Shown here: positions 28,913 through 31,715 of the stretch, piece after piece | How the letters are laid out: each line of letters starts with the position of its first letter | Numbering within the stretch: position 1 is the first letter of the stretch | Program-made: the position numbers and the translations under genes | Assembly (NCBI GenBank): GCA_964407445.1 | Contig: CAYOVS010000001.1 | Location: 1,182-32,896, forward strand | Reading direction: 5' to 3' | Origin: an uncultured Peptococcaceae bacterium | GTDB taxonomy: Bacteria; Bacillota; Dehalobacteriia; UBA4068 | DNA length: 31,715 nt | Notes under the pieces: generated by a model | Seen by the model: the letters and a program-made list of their open reading frames with translations, nothing else | The model's database searches: none | Told to the model about the DNA's origin: nothing

Positions 28913-29715
28913 TTTGTAAGCAATGTGGTGGCGAGCTGCCCCAGGACAGTCGCTTTTGTCAGTATTGCGGCGAGACAGTAGCAGCTCCCTCATCCCAAGA
29001 ACCGCAGCAAGCCGGGCAGCAGCAGGCGGCGCAGCAACAGGCCGGGCAGCAGCAGGCCGGGCAGCAGCAACAGGCCGGGCAGCAGCAGGCACAGCAGCAA
29101 CAGGCACCGCAGCAGCAGGCACCGCAGCAGCAGGCACAGCAGCAACAGGCCGGGCAGCAGCAGGCACAGCAGCAGCAGGCACAGCAGCAGCAGGCGGCGC
29201 AGCAGCAGGCACCGCAGCAGCAGGCACAGCAGCAGCAGGCACAGCAGCAACAGGCCGGGCAGCAGCAGGCCGGGCAGCAGCAGGCGGCGCAGCAGCAGGC
29301 ACAGCAGCAACAGGCCGGGCAGCAGCAGGCAGTCTATTACAGTGCGGCCAGACAAAACCAGTATCCTCTCACCCGCATCTGGCCGGTTCTTTTTCTGGTG
29401 CTATTTTTGGCGGTAGCGGTGGGGTTTGTAGTCCAAACCGTCCGGGTGCAGGAGCGCAACGAGCAATTGTCCCTGCTGGAGGAAAAAAGCTATCGGATGC
29501 AGGATATCAACGCCCAGCTCAAGCTGGATTATGACAATATCGTGGACGAATATGCCTTTTATCACGAATACGCGGCTTTGTACTACGAAGACAGCCCCAC
29601 CTATCATTGCTTCGGCTGCCCCTCCATCGCCGATTACAATGCCTGTCTGATTACCGAAAGAAGCCTGCTGGAAGAGCTAAAAATGGCGCCTTGCCCCCTA
29701 TGCCACCCCAAATAA
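28909..29715 (+). CDS. Zinc-ribbon membrane protein with Gln-rich repeat spacer and C-terminal His/Cys motif, 268 aa
   Basis: GGGAGG RBS; the ATG overlaps the kinase stop (ATGA). N-terminal CKQCG...FCQYCG, (QQQAx)n, one TM helix (IWPVLFLVLFLAVAVGFVV), coiled coil, and YHCFGC...PCPLCHP. Confidence 0.85.
   Translation: MICKQCGGELPQDSRFCQYCGETVAAPSSQEPQQAGQQQAAQQQAGQQQAGQQQQAGQQQAQQQQAPQQQAPQQQAQQQQAGQQQAQQQQAQQQQAAQQQAPQQQAQQQQAQQQQAGQQQAGQQQAAQQQAQQQQAGQQQAVYYSAARQNQYPLTRIWPVLFLVLFLAVAVGFVVQTVRVQERNEQLSLLEEKSYRMQDINAQLKLDYDNIVDEYAFYHEYAALYYEDSPTYHCFGCPSIADYNACLITERSLLEELKMAPCPLCHPK
29005..29334 (+). repeat. In-frame 15-bp tandem repeat (about 22 units) encoding QQQA[G/A/Q/P]
   Basis: CAGCAGCAGGC(A/C/G)NNN units: gccggg, gcggcg, gcacag, gcaccg; one unit carries an extra Gln codon. 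Confidence 0.95.
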
Positions 29716-29728
29716 ACGCAAACGAACC

Positions 29729-29785
29729 AAAAAGTGCGGCTTCTTGCACCCTCCTTGCAGAGAATCAAGAAACCGCACTTTTTTT
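29729..29785. terminator. Bidirectional terminator between convergent genes
   Basis: AAAAAGTGCGGCTTCTTG-19 nt-CAAGAAACCGCACTTTTTTT: A run before and T run after the stem. Confidence 0.8.
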
Positions 29786-29818
29786 ATTCCCAAAACCACG
29801 TGGCAGCCCCAATCCCTT

Positions 29819-30271
29819 TTAATGCAGCAGCACCGCGATCAGCACACCTAGCACCGCGCCCACCGCCACCTGACTGGGCGTATGCCCCACCAGCTCTTTG
29901 AGCTTGATCTCCTGCAAAAAGTGGAGATCGCCCTCATAGAGGCGGCTGACGATATTGTTCAGCACCTGAGCCTGCTTGCCGGTTTCCAGCCGCACCCCCC
30001 GGGCGTCGTGCAGCACGATTGCCGTTAGCACCGCCGTGATGGCAAAGGCTACCGAACCGGTGCCGTATTCGTAGATCACCGACGTAAGCAGCGCGCAAAC
30101 CGCGGCAGCGTGGGAGCTGGGCATGCCGCCTGCACCCAGAAACCGTTCCCAGCTCCATTCCCGGTTAACGATTAAATGTAATAAAACCTTTAGCACCTGC
30201 GCCACAAACCAACCGGCGCAAGCAATCAAAAAGATCTTGTTGTGAATCAAATCCAACCATAAATTGTTCAT
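29819..30271 (-). CDS. Divergent PAP2 family membrane protein (DUF212/YuiD-like)
   Basis: AQVLK, GGMPSSHAAAV, VLHDARGVRLETGKQAQVLN and LKELVGHTPSQV. ATG 30271 preferred; ORF track uses TTG 30277. Confidence 0.92.
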   Translation of the reverse strand: MNNLWLDLIHNKIFLIACAGWFVAQVLKVLLHLIVNREWSWERFLGAGGMPSSHAAAVCALLTSVIYEYGTGSVAFAITAVLTAIVLHDARGVRLETGKQAQVLNNIVSRLYEGDLHFLQEIKLKELVGHTPSQVAVGAVLGVLIAVLLH

Positions 30272-30333
30272 CCCCAATTGCTCCGTTCCCTCCGCACCGA
30301 TATGGCCGTTTTTGTTTTATTTTGTCCTATATT

Positions 30334-30362
30334 ATTATACGCCGCCGCCGCCGTTACGGCAA
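30334..30362 (-). promoter_or_regulatory. SigmaA-type promoter of the PAP2-family gene
   Basis: Minus strand TTGCCG-17 nt-TATAAT. Confidence 0.6.
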
Positions 30363-30399
30363 TCATATTCTGCACCCGTTTTTTGTCATAAAAATGACC

Positions 30400-30428
30400 T
30401 TGACTTTACCAGGCCAATTCAGTACAAT
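30400..30428 (+). promoter_or_regulatory. SigmaA promoter of nrdD
   Basis: TTGACT-17 nt-TACAAT. Confidence 0.8.
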
Positions 30429-30468
30429 ATATATGCCTTATAAATAATATACTTCCTATATATTGTGT
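30422..30468 (+). promoter_or_regulatory. Tandem NrdR boxes
   Basis: ttcCTATATATTGtgt (30453-30468) fits acaCwAtATaTwGtgt. A degenerate gtaCAATATATAtgcc lies 31 nt upstream and overlaps the -10. Confidence 0.75.
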
Positions 30469-30511
30469 TAAATAGCATAAAATGGCTTGGCAGCAGCAAA
30501 GGAGAGATCTG

Positions 30512-31715
30512 ATGATTCAGGCGATTAAAAAAAGAGATGGCAGGATGGCGGCCTTTGATCGGCATAAAATTGCCATTGCGATTCAAAAAGCTTTTGACGC
30601 TACCTACACCAAAAGCAGCGACGCCGCGCAATTGGCGGAGGAAGTGGAGCAGCGGTTGCTGGATGGGGGGGAAACCACCCCGGAGGTAGAGCAAATTCAG
30701 GATATGGTGGAACAGGTATTGATGGATCACGGCCATATCCGCACCGCCAAAGCCTATATTTTGTACCGGGCGGAGCGCAGCCGGGTGCGGCAGATGAATA
30801 CCCGGCTGATGAAGGTCTACGAGGATATCACCTACAAGACCGCCATGGACAGCGATATTTTGCGGGAAAACGCCAATATCGACGGTAACACGGCCATGGG
30901 CGCCATGCTCAAATACGGCTCCGAGGGGGCCAAGCAGTTTTATGAGATGTTTATCATCCATCCCGATCATGCCCGAGCCCACCGGGAGGGAGATATCCAC
31001 ATTCATGATCTGGATTTCTATACCCTGACCACCACCTGCTGCCAAATCGATCTGCTGGATCTGTTTCAGGGCGGTTTTTCCACCGGCCACGGCATTTTGC
31101 GAGAGCCCAAACATATCGAAAGCTATGCGGCGCTGGCCTGCATTGCCATTCAATCCAACCAAAACGATCAGCACGGCGGCCAATCCATCGTCAACATGGA
31201 TTACGGTCTGGCCCCCGGCGTGGCCAAAACCTACATTTTGCGCTATCACCAGCAATTGGAGCGAGCCTTGGAGCTGCTGGGCGGCGAGGAAGCGGCGGCG
31301 CTTTCCCGGCAGGTGGCGGCGGAGCTGGTAGAGCAAGGTTTGCAGCCCTTGCTGGCCAATGGCAATGGCTATATGAAAAAAGAGCGGGCGCTACTGCTGG
31401 CGGCCGGGTTGACCGAGGAGCTTACCGACAAAGCCCAGGCCTTTGCCAGGGACAAGGCCTATCAGGATACCGACCGTTGCACCTACAAGGCAATGGTGGC
31501 ATTGGTGCATAATCTCAACACCATGCACTCCCGGGCGGGGGCGCAAACCCCCTTTTCCAGCGTGAATTACGGCATGGATGTTTCCCCGGAGGGGAGCATG
31601 GTGATCAAAAACCTGCTGCTGGCTACAGAAGCCGGCCTGGGACAAGGGGAAACGCCGATTTTCCCCATCCAGATCTTCCGGGTCAAGGAAGGGGTCAACT
31701 ATAACCCCGGGGAGC
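30512..31715 (+). CDS. nrdD: Anaerobic (class III) ribonucleoside-triphosphate reductase, 5' part with ATP cone (runs off the right edge; absent from the ORF track)
   Basis: Manual translation from ATG 30512: MIQAIKKRDGRMAAFDRHKI...EQIQDMVEQVLM...AKAYILYRAER (ATP cone), ENANIDG, GDIHIHDLDFY, TTTCCQID, QSNQNDQHGGQS and QTPFSSVNYG. Confidence 0.97.
   Translation, partial: MIQAIKKRDGRMAAFDRHKIAIAIQKAFDATYTKSSDAAQLAEEVEQRLLDGGETTPEVEQIQDMVEQVLMDHGHIRTAKAYILYRAERSRVRQMNTRLMKVYEDITYKTAMDSDILRENANIDGNTAMGAMLKYGSEGAKQFYEMFIIHPDHARAHREGDIHIHDLDFYTLTTTCCQIDLLDLFQGGFSTGHGILREPKHIESYAALACIAIQSNQNDQHGGQSIVNMDYGLAPGVAKTYILRYHQQLERALELLGGEEAAALSRQVAAELVEQGLQPLLANGNGYMKKERALLLAAGLTEELTDKAQAFARDKAYQDTDRCTYKAMVALVHNLNTMHSRAGAQTPFSSVNYGMDVSPEGSMVIKNLLLATEAGLGQGETPIFPIQIFRVKEGVNYNPGE

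Noticed and set aside
28904-29534. Poly-Ala or poly-Leu ORFs in other frames; CRISPR-like appearance of the repeat
   Set aside because: These are alternative-frame readings of the CAG-rich tandem repeat. The units are contiguous with no unique spacers and no cas genes, so it is not a CRISPR array.

Overview
A 31.7 kb chromosomal window from an anaerobic Bacillota (Firmicutes, Clostridia-like) bacterium, judged from sigmaA-type promoters, GGAGG RBSs, sortase substrate, nrdD and Firmicute gene order. Left arm, minus strand: a conserved hypothetical protein, a membrane-anchored transglutaminase-like protein, an uncharacterised radical SAM enzyme, a short PaaK/DVU_1553-like adenylate-forming enzyme, a stand-alone mreC, and ilvE (runs off the left edge). 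Plus strand: a ~1370-aa sortase-anchored adhesin, valS-folC-maf, Asp23-DAK2(fakA)-recG (RecG has a ~190-aa N-terminal extension), a yybP-ykoY Mn2+ riboswitch controlling a TerC/Alx exporter, and a three-gene signalling block (7TM-PAS-GGDEF cyclase, double-Venus-flytrap hybrid histidine kinase, zinc-ribbon/Gln-repeat membrane protein). The window ends with a divergent PAP2-family gene and nrdD (runs off the right edge) with NrdR boxes. No rRNA, tRNA, CRISPR array, transposase or phage gene was recognised. Most of the window is housekeeping. The best candidates for undescribed biology are the radical SAM + adenylating-enzyme pair, the signalling block bracketed by related palindromes, the extended RecG, and the broken cell-shape (mre) and rpmB synteny. 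All family calls are from motif recognition by eye; no database search was run.
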